From positions 186,001-244,829 of the forward strand of contig NOWV01000115.1 in assembly GCA_003344405.1 (NCBI GenBank): a stretch of 58,829 nucleotides of DNA, written 5' to 3'. Shown one piece after another: positions 38,915-51,800 of this stretch (the first letter of the stretch is position 1; every line of letters starts with the position of its first letter). Below the pieces are notes generated by a model. The model had not been told where the DNA came from. It worked only from the letters and a program-made list of their open reading frames with translations, and made no database searches. The translations under genes were made by a program, and so were the position numbers. The DNA is from Trichoplax sp. H2. Its lineage: Eukaryota.

Positions 38915-41244
38915 TAATGAGTGCACTCGAAAAACTTGCATTATGCAAATGTTAAATGAAGAAAAATCTCCTACTTATATATTTTTATTGAACATAATTG
39001 TTTTACGTGCGAAAGATGCACGTAAGAACTGAACCAATTTAATTAGATGGCAGTGTGCGATTCTTACTGCCAGAGCAAACTAAACTATTAATCTCGATAA
39101 ATCTACCGTCATGACGTACAATGGAATAGAAATAACGCAAACATACGAGTATATTAATTAAAAATGCGTTTTGCTACATATTTAGAATATAGCTCCTACG
39201 TATTAGGGCAATGGTTTTACAAATTGCAGGTTACTTTATCTCTGTCATAAATGAACTAGCTTTCAATGCTTGTAGCAAATCTTTGTCGAAACCTTGATAA
39301 ATTTCAGGTACGTTGCTTTGGATTCAGGTTTAACCAAAAGTACAGCTAGTAAATAATATCAGTAAAATTGATATATGATATGATACACGAAACAGTATAT
39401 GGCATTTTAATTTCACCATTAATCTATCAATTTGCTAATTTCTGGTATTATACTGTAAGATCAGTGAAAGTGATCGCGGCTTTATATACATGATAATTAA
39501 TTCTATTGCAAAAGGATGCTTAAAAGTTCAATCGTACTTGAAATTAATCTATTGAATCTAATTTATTGCAGTAGAAGTTAGTATAAAGTAAATCTAGTTA
39601 ACGTTCGTAAAAATTTTAATTCATTTCAACTGGTGGTCATGCAATAAAATAAAGTGTTAAAAAAATTCATTCATTCTTTTTAAAGATAGTAATGTGTGAT
39701 GATGGTATATTTAAGCCAGAGAGATTAAACTTAAAATATTTTCATTTAAATCCAATTAGATTTATTTTAAATTAAATTTATGCACCATATGGCACAATAT
39801 AGTGCTTTTTAATACTGTCTGCTTCAATCAGTTACAACTAGTCTGCTACCAGCTAATTCTCCTTTATTACCTAATTGATTCAATAAAATTTCAATAACGT
39901 CAACATTTAGAGGATATATGTCCTGTAAGGACTAAAAATTGTGGCTTAAAGTCTACGATAGCCTGCATGTTAATTTAGTTAGCTGTTGTAGTGCAGCCCC
40001 TAATAAGTTTAAGAATAAGATGATTGCAATTAGATAGTCTAGAGATAGTCCTTATTAGTAGTTAGATGAACCTAACTTATGCATCAAAGGGAAGTTTATA
40101 AGGAACTGTAGTTCTTGCTTCAATTTTAAGAAGACACTTTATCACAGCAGTTTATCATATATTATCCCTATAGTTCTTAATGCTATTTCTAGACCGATTT
40201 GACCTTGTTATCGTTGCCTTCTTGTGACAGATTTTGTTCATTAGAGATTACTGTAGGCACTATAACTGTTGTCGTCGCAAATAAATAAGAAGGTAAATAA
40301 GCATCAATTATCGTCGAATCGAGGTAGTTATCTTTACTGTACAGTAGGTATCTGTACTTCTCTCGAATTAAAACAACTTTGTACTTTTACAGATTCAGGC
40401 GCCTAACGAGATTAACCGAAAACCTCTTTATACTTCTGAATGATCTTCTCGTAATATGATGTAGTAGCCCTGAATTATTACTGAATCTACTCACTGTAAA
40501 TACTTGTATGCTAGGTAACAGAAAGACAAATTTAACTATGGGCTGCTATTATGCAGGACCATGGCACTACTCAACGAAAATTTTATCATGATCTAAATAC
40601 CTTGATTGGCCTCCTTTCACCTATTATTTTTGATTGTGCTATCCAAACTATTGCTCATAATTAATAAATGTTCATACAGGAACATAATACTGCTCGAAGC
40701 ATATGTTGGCTTTGATCTAAAAGCCTTGATTAGATTCTTTTCACTTACTGTCATTGATCATGCAATCTAAACATTCTAGTAATAATTGGTATTCATATAT
40801 CATACATTGACAGAAATACAAATGGAAATGTAAGCTTTATGTTTTCTATAACCGGCTAAAATGTATACATTTTGTTCCCTATGATTACATAAACACAGAA
40901 AAATGTAATCATATTAACTTGTTTTCTTAATTTTAAGCTAAATTAATTGGTAATAGAAATGTTAGCTCTTAGCGAGCAGTTCTTTGCTTCCACGACTGGA
41001 TTATTTTAATTACATTAACGGAGGTATGTTCAATTTAAGTGTGGTAAAGATTTTGCTCTCGAATTTTTCAGTCTATAGACTTGTTTTAAAATCTCAGTTG
41101 GTGGTAAGATTGAAAGTAATTTACTGTAATTCACGATAGGTATACAATTTTTACTAAATTCTATACCTAAAAATAGGCTTACTAACGCAACAGTTCTTGA
41201 CAAGAATATTCAGATGGTTTGTTAAATTAAGTCTATATCCAAGA

Positions 41245-44200
41245 ATGGCTTCCCATCATGTTGTACCATTAGAAGTCACCGAGTCGCAGTCTTTACAAGA
41301 AATCATTACTCAAAAAGCGAATGCAGTAAACTTAAATGTAAGTTTGATTTTTTATTGGATATTATTGGCCAAATGTCCGAATCTATCATTACTTCCTTGA
41401 TTGCTGCATTATTTTACTTTGCTCGCTGATTCAAGCCATAAGCTACTATTGCTTAAATATGGAAATTTATATATAATTTTTTTGTTTTACCGAATGTCAA
41501 AGAATGAAGATGAAGCATTTTATTTGGTGAATATTGGTGATATTATATACAAGTTTAACACTGTAAGCAAACTGTAGCTAATATAAAAGACTTAATAAAT
41601 AATATCGTTACCTAGAAAATATCAGACCTATATCAAATTTACCACTTTCTCGATTTATAGATGCAATGAATAGGTTTTATAACTCCTTAGGCTCGCTATC
41701 CATTAACTTGAAATTTGAGATTAAAATTGAGCCAACCTCTAGTCTCACACAACTTGTGTTACTGTTATTACTAAAATTAACTAAAATTACTACTGTAGAT
41801 TACCATGCAATCAATCATCGCTGAATTAACGATAGAATATGTAGCAATTAAAATAAACCAACGTAAATTGACGAAGAAGTGTTCTCGTTTAATCGTAAAA
41901 CTATCTTAAAATTATCGACAGTAGTAAGTTTGATAAGTTTACCCAACTTTCCTATGTAAAAGAAATATTTACTATCTCTATCTCCTTAAGACACCAGTCT
42001 TATAACCCCTTATTTCTAGTCTCTGTTAATCTGCCTGAATGCTATTTGAATATCATTTTGGTAGCGATAGAATTTTAAAATAATATGATATTCTGACGTT
42101 TCTTTTTGCTTATAATAAAATTAGTGGTTGTCCGCACTACCTCGTGTAAAGCCCTTTTACGGTAATTTCATGCTAGCGTTTGTTACAGTAGATGTAGAGT
42201 CGAGTTTAAATAAAAAGAAGCTTTCTAATATTTTATGTAATTTCGTCCTTAAGCTATACAATGCAATCCAGACTTTCATCTAGTAGCAGCTTTACGTAGT
42301 CTAGGTGCCAGTTTCAGCGTCACAAGTGCTGTAAGTGATAGAAGTCTAAGAGAAGTGTTTAAATCCTTTAGCCACATTAAATCAAATTTAATGTTATTGA
42401 GATAGGCTGATATACGGTTAACGACTGCGTTGGATGTCAAAAATGACAATATCATCTATTCAAATCCGTGCAAAGGATTGTCTCATTTAAAGTAAGTGAG
42501 ACAGAGTATTCTCGATCATTTTAATGATGAAATACCAAGCTAATTCCTTCATAAACTGTTAAGATTGTAACGATGTTTTATCTAATATTTAGTTCAAACT
42601 ATAGAGTTCAGGTATTAAAAGTTAAAGATTTTTCTATGCAAAATCTGATGACGAATATTCACCATGACTTATTGAGAAGCCAGTTTTGTTGCAGCGTTTT
42701 TGATTTTGGATACTTTATATTTAGGGTGGCTCTGATAAAAGGAATAACTCTGATGACTTTCGATAGCGAAGGAGAACTACAGCGAATAAAGCGTATGGTT
42801 CCACATGCAAAGTAAATAGTAGGGTTTAATTTTGAAATGATACTCATATTGGATAGATCGACAATTTTTTGAAATTATTGACTGGAATAGATTGCTGTTA
42901 CGACTGAAAGTTGATGATTCTAAAGCGGCTTTTCCGGTATGTACGGTCAAAAAATTTGAAATAAACTTTCATTTTTCTCTGCTTAGATTTCATGATACAA
43001 ACTAATCTACGTCCACTTTAGTTAGGGGCGAAGTATGGAGTACCCTTCTCTAGAGTGTTGCACTTATTTAAAGTTGCTAGAAAATTAAGTTTAAATGTAA
43101 TAGGAATAAGGTAAGAAAACTAGTAATTAACCATAATTTATTACTTGAAGTTGGACCGACGATGATTAGTTTGTTCTTATTTAAAATAATAAAAAAATAT
43201 ACTTGACAAATATGGTAAATAAATTTAAAATACAGGAATAAGTCCTTGTGTTAAAAGATAATTATGCTGATTTAGTTTCCATGTTGGTTCTGGCTGTGAT
43301 GACCCCGATTCTTTTACTAAAGCTATTGAAAAGTCCAAAAAAGCGTTCAATCTAGCAGTTAGCTTCCGAGTTGCTTTTTAAGATTATATGTAGTAAGACT
43401 GAATTAAAATAACGACTTTTTAATGCGAGTCGCAATATTTAATTACTTTAACAGAAAGAGATTGGCTTGGATCTCACATTACTAGATATCGGTGGCGGAT
43501 ATCCGGGGATTGAAGATACATTATTTGAAAATGTAAAAAGAGATTTACTTATTCCACGATTAATTATACTTATTTGTATGTCGGATTTGATGGCCAAAGC
43601 ACTTTATTTTCAGATTTGTGGAGCCATTACTGAAGCACTTGACAAATATTTTCCTACAGAATGTGGAGTTGAGATAATAGCAGAGCCAGGTAGAACCTTT
43701 TTGACTAAGGATAAATGTTACATAAAATTTGGCCGTCCTTATCACGGCAATGGATTAAAAGTCTAGATGAATCTTAGTCTATGATCGATGCTAAAGGTTT
43801 AACGTTATTACTTGTATTTTGGTGGCTAGGAAAATATTTTACTACCTCTTCAATGATTTTAGTCACGAATGTCATTGGTAAACGTCTGAGATACGATGAT
43901 AATGTGAAAACTGAACGTATGTAATCTATTAATAGAAAGACCATTTTTTCTGATACTATGCTTTCGACAGAGTCATTATGATCATTTAATATTGATGTAA
44001 AACTTGAACTCTAATATTACCAGAAAAAATTAAAAAATTGCTTTTCATCGTAATTGATAATTTCAGAGAATCAATCCCATAAGGAAAGCATGGTTAGGGC
44101 ATATTATTTGCATTACATTTTCGAAAATACTGGTTTCATTCTTTTTGTTTGCATGATTACTTTTATAGGAATGCATGTATCATATTAATGATGGCTTGCA

Positions 44201-44812
44201 TGGATCTTTCCTTAGAAGATTATTCACAAAAGAGCCATTCATACCTAATGTACTGAAATCGAAAAGTGGTCAATTCCATCGTAGCAGCATATGGGGGCCT
44301 ACATGTAATGGACTGGATTGTATTGCAAGTGGCCAAACTATTCCAGAGGTATACCATAGTATAGATTTTACATTTTAATGCAGAATGCTAAGGTTTACTT
44401 ACAATAAATATGAATGAACGCGGTAATACTTTATTTGATTAGATGGAAGCTGGTGATTGGACTTACTTTGAAAGTGAGTATATAGGTGATCTCGAAAGTA
44501 CTTGAATTTATACATTTGATGAAACTGTTCTTGTTTATAAGATCTAGGAGCATATGCATCAGCTGCGTCCTCCAATTTTAACGGATTTGCAAGTAAAGAA
44601 AGGCATTATTACATAAGCAAAGAACATTGGTGAGCCAAATTTGTTCTTGGACTATTTGCGCTAGTAACTGTATGATTCAATTCGCTCCTACTTTTAAAGC
44701 TAGATTAATTTTACCAATCAATAATTTATTCCAATTTAATAGGAGTATGACTAATAAAGAAGTCAAGCAAGAGTTATCTCGATATTTTGATATTCATTTT
44801 AATACACAATAG
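41245..44812 (+). CDS. ODC-like protein copy 4, lacking the PLP Schiff-base lysine (putative pseudoenzyme, antizyme-inhibitor-like)
   Basis: PFYAIQCN (CAA at 42259-42261 replaces Lys) and SVTSAAD in place of DVASAGE. It keeps NPCK, KYG, SFHVGS, DIGGGYPG, AEPGKYF, NDG, WGPTCNGLD, GAY and FNGF. All 17 exons are open. Confidence 0.88.
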
Positions 44813-47800
44813 CTAAGAAGATAATCGTACTTGATAAGAATTGACACCATTACGTAAAATACTGATTGTTGAGTGAATAAGTTAGTCTGCGTATTTTTGC
44901 TAAAGAGACGTTCAAGTATTCATAGTTAGTTTATGTTTTACCGAACGTTAATTAAAATATTTAGGATGATTATCGCAAATACTTTAGCCGATATTTTTAA
45001 CTAAAATATTCTGTTATCATATACAAGATTGCTATAATTTGATACTGCTCGTTGCACAATGCTGCTGAACTCTAAATTATAACTGTTAAGACTTATAATC
45101 ACTAGAGGTAAAAATATTATTATTGAAAAAGTTAAATTTCTTCAGTTAACGCCTAAAGCAGAAATTATCAAGAAATACACTTTTAGCTTGATAAAAAATC
45201 TTACGTATGGTGGCCACAATCATTTTACATGTTAGCAACAAAATCAATAACCATCTTTGGATATTGATGTTTGGAATAAGATTATGATCTTTTACTGTTG
45301 TTGTTTACAAATTAGACGGTTCCTGTAGAAACGGGAACATTTGAGTTGAGTGGTGTGGTAAAAAGTTGTAGATGTATCTTTGCTAATAAAAGTTTATCTT
45401 TACAGTATTTTGCTGTGTGTGTTTAACGTTAAGTAAAAGGGCATTTAAGTCAGTAGCTAATTATAGACTTTTACTGTACGTCACCTTGTCGCAGAAGTGA
45501 AATTGAGACACAAAACTACTGACAATAGCAATGCAAAAGAGTATAGAACTTATCTATTTGTGATGCCAGGATGTTATGAAATGGAGGATTAGTTTCGGAA
45601 ATATTTCAAATCCATGTCCCACCATGAAAAAGATTTATACGGTAAGGAGATAATGATATAGTTCAAATTTTCTTAACCGAGTTGAAATCGTGAAGACAGC
45701 GTTCATGCATCCATAAATGTTGAATTTTAGCTACTATTATACTGTGTTTTATTTCTAATCGAATTTATCACGTAAATACTATATTTAATGTATAATTGCG
45801 ATAGGAAAGTAGAAAACTCGAAAAGCTTGTTATAGTTCACACGTATTTGGATTTACTACAGAAGCTAATATAAAATATAAAATAAAAGCACAGTACGCGA
45901 AGTATAACGAAGGGGGATCGTCGAGTTCTTTACAATAGCACATATTCACAAAAATATGTAGTACAATATGTCAGTTACGAGTTAAAATTTGTAGCGAGAA
46001 AACTTGAACCAGATGAAAACCCAGAGTCTTCTGTTAGGTCTGTCTGCCCAACTCAGTCTACAAGACAACTCTAAATACTAACAATATCATCATCGACAGA
46101 AAGTTACGATAAACTACACGACTAAATGAGAAAAAAGAGTAAAATAATCTATATTCCGAAAAGAGAGAAATTTTTGATAAGGTACTACAATTTTTTAGTA
46201 TTACCATTATAGTGTTACCATCATAGTGTTGTATATATACAAATGATAAAGAATTATTTCGTTCTAAATTGCTAATTACCGCTAAATCTAAAAATGCACA
46301 TGGCGAAATGAAATAAATGCGCATCTCATCTTCAAATTTTCAAGAAAATACCTAACTTGTATCTAAAAGAAACTAGTCTACTATTTTTATTTATGTAGTG
46401 AATTAATTAATTTGCCTCAGCTAAAAAGATGATTAAATTACAAAGATGACTAAGGCCCTAGCGAGCTTAAAGTGGTAGATAAATGGCTTCGAAAGAAGCC
46501 AGAATGCTATGAAAGAAGAGGCGAGATATATAGAATCCTTATCAATTACATATCTTTAGAGATGAAAGTGGTTTCTTGAGGATAGGAAAAACTATCTGAA
46601 AATAGGGATATAAAGTCCGATGAATCATCATTAAAGCTAGAATCAAAAAGAGAAACAGAAAACAAAAGATAATAATGTAGTCTACTTAGTGTACACATGT
46701 TTTGTAAGATATGACAATAATCTGCGTTATAAAGTTAGATCCATGGTGCAATAGAAATATACAAGACGATTTCTAGCCCAGACACCAGGTAGTAAGAGTA
46801 TTTTGTGTAGCAAATTAAATATTTTTTTCAAGCAGTGACACATCGTAAGGTTAACCGTCTGCATCAACTAGATTTCGGGTATATCTCCCAGCCTAAAGTG
46901 TAGATCAATTACAATATAGTAGTAATTAGGTCGCAAAACACCTTTGTTCCATGTCAGTAATGGAGATTGTGATAACAGCAGTCTCGATATGCTATTTTTA
47001 TCGCCTTTACAGCGTCGTACAGGAATTGTATTATTAAGTCTTTAAACTGCATTCGTTTTTACTATTAAGTTTCAAAATTGTTCGATATGACTTCGTCCCG
47101 GGTCTGCTTGCTCATGAAAATTGAGTAGATGGTCAGCAAAGCAGTAAGTAGTTGATTGACGTACCATATTACCGTCTAATTTTTCATAAATTACTCTACA
47201 TCTGTATTTCGGGCAATTATTCATTTCACGCTAATTTAACATGCAAACTACGAATTAGGAAAATATCAGTAAAGCAAGAATACAAGTACAATTTCTTACT
47301 CTTTCATTCAAAGTGCCGCATCAATCCTAAACTTCGCGTTATATACGGTTTGATGCTCTCACAGATTGCAACCCTAATACGCAGCAGGATCACGCAAGAG
47401 CATTACTGTCAGGTCTAAGATCTCGTTTCTAAAAGACTTATAATTAGAATTTATTCTGTGCAGTTGTCTTTAAAGGACTTCATTCAGTGATTTTTCTATT
47501 CGATATTCTTCTCAAAAATCAGCTGAATTATGATAATGAATCTAATCTTAAATCAGATATAATTAACAATGGCCCAAAATGTATCTAGAGTAAAACACTA
47601 TATCGTAATCTTACTCGACATTTGTAGATATTTTCAATGCTTCTATTTATATGAACCTTTGGTAAGTTGGTTTTACGATACCGATAGTTACTTAGTTATC
47701 TGCAAGCCTTATATAACTAACTCAAAGACGTCTAGAAGACTTATATCAGATGTTAATTTATATTTTTGTAATTTACTATTTCATCCCTGTTCTAACACAG

Positions 47801-48823
47801 TCTCTCCAGGAATTATTTCCGTACTTAACTATACTAAAGAAACTTTTGTAATATTCTATGTAAACTATTTTGTAATATTTTATGTCGAAAAACTTTATTA
47901 CAGGTAAAAATTTTCTGTTGTTATAATCCTATATACGTGTATATGAAAATAATTATGTCCATATGTTCGTGCAGGCGTATAATTTTCGGTAAATATGGGA
48001 GCGATATACTAGATTATATAAATGAAATTTTTTATCTCAGTCTATGTACTGTAAATAGCTTTTCTATAATAATCTATATCAGGGACGCCTATAGTTAAAG
48101 TTTTACCGCAAGAAGCCAAAAAGTTATCTCAAAGTCAAAATTTAGCAAGAAGTCGTATGCGAGTGCAGATATATATATATACATTTTAGTACATACGGAG
48201 CGATATACTGGTTTATTTAAAGAAAACTTTAATATAGTAATCTACATAAACCCAGCGATTAAAACGAAGAAAAGATGGCAAAGTATCATCATCACGACAG
48301 GCTAAGATAACGATTGCGATTATTTTCTATGCTTTTGTATCTTAAAGTAACCTTGTTTTCACACAAAATGACCAGATAGGACTTTATTTTCAGCCCTTCA
48401 TAATATATGTATTTGGAAGCGATCGTTTCAAGAGAAAATTAATTTGGAGTTTTCTTCATGGACGAGTATAATTAATTCTACCACAAGCAATTGTTTATCA
48501 ATTCATTAAAAATACAAACACAAAAATTTATGCTTTAACTTGCTGTTAACATTCATAGCTTATAATACGTAAGAGTACGCCCTAAAGTCGATAATAAACA
48601 ATAACAGCTTGAATATACCGTTATTCCGGTTGATTATCGTTATTTAGGTTTTTTTTGTGTAATCATATCGCTATTGAAATCTATATTATTTAGGCTTAAA
48701 TATGCGCATGGTCATCGAATGATTAACGTAATTTTTGCAGTTGTAATTGTTCTTATTTAGACAATTGCACTACAAGAGGCTTATTTCATAAATCAGAAGT
48801 AGTTTACGTCTTTACTAAACAAA

Positions 48824-51800
48824 ATGGCAGTCGCCAACCAGGCTTTGGTTGTCTTGTTGGTCTGTATCTTTCTTACTCATTGCTTGGCATCTGAAATATC
48901 TATCTATCAAAAATCTGATATCAAGAAGGATTGTCCAAAGAACTGCTTGTGTAGAAGCTCTGAAATTATCTGCACTCGACTAGAAGAGAAATTTGCTGTT
49001 ATCCCGAATGATGTACATCGAATGTAAGTTAACTTAGGCTCTAGCATTCTTGGAAGGTAAGGTAAAGTAAATTAAGACTGTTTTGATGTTCTAGCTTATT
49101 CTTAAATTCTTAAGTACTAGTTCAACATACAGTTCTAATTCGCGTTTGGTATGGACTTGTAATTTTTGCTTTACAATTAGACACTATTTACCGTGTTCCT
49201 TATTATATATTGATTATTTTAGATTGTCTGGTTTAATATTGATTAAGCTCATCTAAAGCTCTTTCTACTGCCTGAAATCATTTACTAGTTTTTAGACGAT
49301 GATTATGGGGTCTGTATTTGATTCCATCGCATCTTTTCCGACATACGATGTTCAAAAAGCTATTGATTTCTTCCTTATATTTCAAACGTTACAGCTAGGA
49401 TAGTGATAATCGTTCTTGAGATAATTTGCAATGGTTTACAGAAGCTTACACATCCCTCTATAGCAGTTACCAATATTTCAATAGTAAAAATCACAGCTTA
49501 AGGCAAATATGAGATTTCTAAGAATCTCTTGTTTCAAAAGATTAAAATAGCAGCTGACTCAACTGATTCCAAATTGTTGGGTTTTCGTTCACAATTATGA
49601 ACATAAAAGCTTCCATATGACATAGTAGTTTGGAAGCACTTAGTTTACTAAAGAACTAGATTTCATTAAGTTAAGTCTTCTCAAGTAGTCTTTATAAATT
49701 AGAAGAAATGATTGAATTTTATGTTCATTGAAGGAAGCTACAAGGATGACCAATTCTATTAAATGCTAGATATTTTTAAAGTATTTACAAACTTCACTAA
49801 CATTAAATTGTTGATTAAAGCTGTTTAAACGAGTGTGAATGCGTAAATTCACGCATTCGTATTTGCACACCGAGAAATATTTACGATATTAACGTACTGC
49901 AACAAAACCTGTTTATTACTGCTATGATCACGATGGTGTTGCTCTTTATTTAATTGTTTACTGTAAAAAAATTATTCTATAGAGAATTTTAACAAGCTTT
50001 TGCTGACGTCTAAAAGCAGACTATGATACGATAATTCAAACTTGCTAAAAATTTTTAAATAGTAACTGCGGTTATTTGGTTTATTTATGGGCCACATTTC
50101 AGAGTTAATTTAGGCTGCATAGGTCCTACTTTATCGTTTTCAAGTTACATTAAGAATTAAAGATATTCTTAGAAGGTTAGTGCCGATTATGCAATTAAGA
50201 TTATTAATTGAGAATTATCATCCCATTATAAACAATTTAAAATTGTAAATACTTTACTTTCTTTCCAAATTCCAATTTGATTAGGTTTTTATATACCAAT
50301 AAGTGCGATAATTCTCATGAAGATATTAGAGTTCTCCTTTAAATAACGCATCTAATTTGTAATTAGTTTGTGACAATAATTATGAAATCAAGGGTACTAA
50401 GGCGTCAAGGTCTTTTTGATAGAATTGGCAATCTACAAAGTATGGTACGATATAATAAGACGTTATGCAAAATTTTAGACGCTATGGAGTTAAATTTAAA
50501 CATTCCAAAAATAAATTTATAATGTCTCATAAAATACTTTTTGAAATAATGATAACGATTCACACCGAGCTTAATTTTTTTTTTCCAAAATTGATACTCA
50601 GGATTAGTTTCAAGATTTTAACTGTACTACGTTCAAATCTGTCGTTTTAGAATTTTAGAGCAAGAGTTGGAATGTAGCAACCAGAACATAAAGCAGCTGG
50701 CCAAGTTATCTAATCAAAGACATATTCAACTTATCGGATATTGTATTCAAAACGATCTGAGAAATAAAATACCTTTAAATAAAGTACTAACAGTATCAAA
50801 AAGAGATCGACGAGGTACAATAAATATGACTTTTGGATAGTATGTAAACAATAATTTTTCACACTCTCATATTACAAGTCAGTGTCTTCTTTGCAAAGAT
50901 TCATACATTAAAGAGATCGAATGCTATAGATCATATAAGAAGGAATTCGATTCGATATTTTATAATTATATGTAACTGTACTGACGGAAAATTATCAATT
51001 CCATTACTTGATCTTAGCTCTCCAAACTCGTAGCACCAGTAAAACAGGTATCGGAAAAGATTAAACCTTAGCTTTACACGGTTGTTGACACCGGATTAAT
51101 ATTGAAACCTTTTAAAAGTTTCTGTCACTAGTTGATGTGAAAATTTAGCCTAATTGCATGCATAATTCTGCTATTGCAACTTACAGTTGTTGGCGATTCG
51201 TTTATTGGCTGCTATTTCACTGATGGATTTTGTTCTTGGACACAAAGTGGTAATAGACCGTTTCAAAGGCAAATTACAAGTGTTGGCAACTTTCCATTAT
51301 ATGGTATAATCAGTTTAATTATTTCAGCTTATTATTTTGCTAAACTTTTATTATACTGGAATTTTATATCAATTTTTGTATTATGTAGCTGGTCCATATA
51401 TATATTTTTTTAAAAGCTCATCAGATGGTTTAAGAACGTATAAGGCTATTCTGACCACTCCATCGCTAATATTGAAAAAAAATGCCAATTTTTCATATGT
51501 AAGTTCCTGCAATCTTAGATCTAACTATAAAAAAATATTCTAGAGCATTGAATCTTATCGCATAATAATTTTTATACTACGTAAATATTCATCTACTCGT
51601 ACAAGAATACTATCAAATTTAGCTTCTGTTCTGTAATTTATAATAACGAATGTTTAATAAAGTTAATTTAGCTATCATTTTTGACGTAGATAGAATGATA
51701 TTATTTTGTTAAAATAAAAATTGGGAAATAAGTTTGCCATAGCATTTTCATAGTAGAATAAGACTCAAACTATTAGTAAAGTATCTGTCGAGCTAAAAAT

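Noticed and set aside
18574-44812. Naming any copy ODC1 or AZIN1, or an antizyme/uCC element nearby
   Set aside because: Specificity residues are non-canonical and orthology is untested. I saw no antizyme frameshift gene and no PPW-ending upstream coding region.
45500-46675. Purine-rich exon-like segments suggesting another gene between ODC copy 4 and the MAM-like gene
   Set aside because: There are multiple in-frame stops and I could not build a consistent spliced model; at most an unidentifiable remnant.
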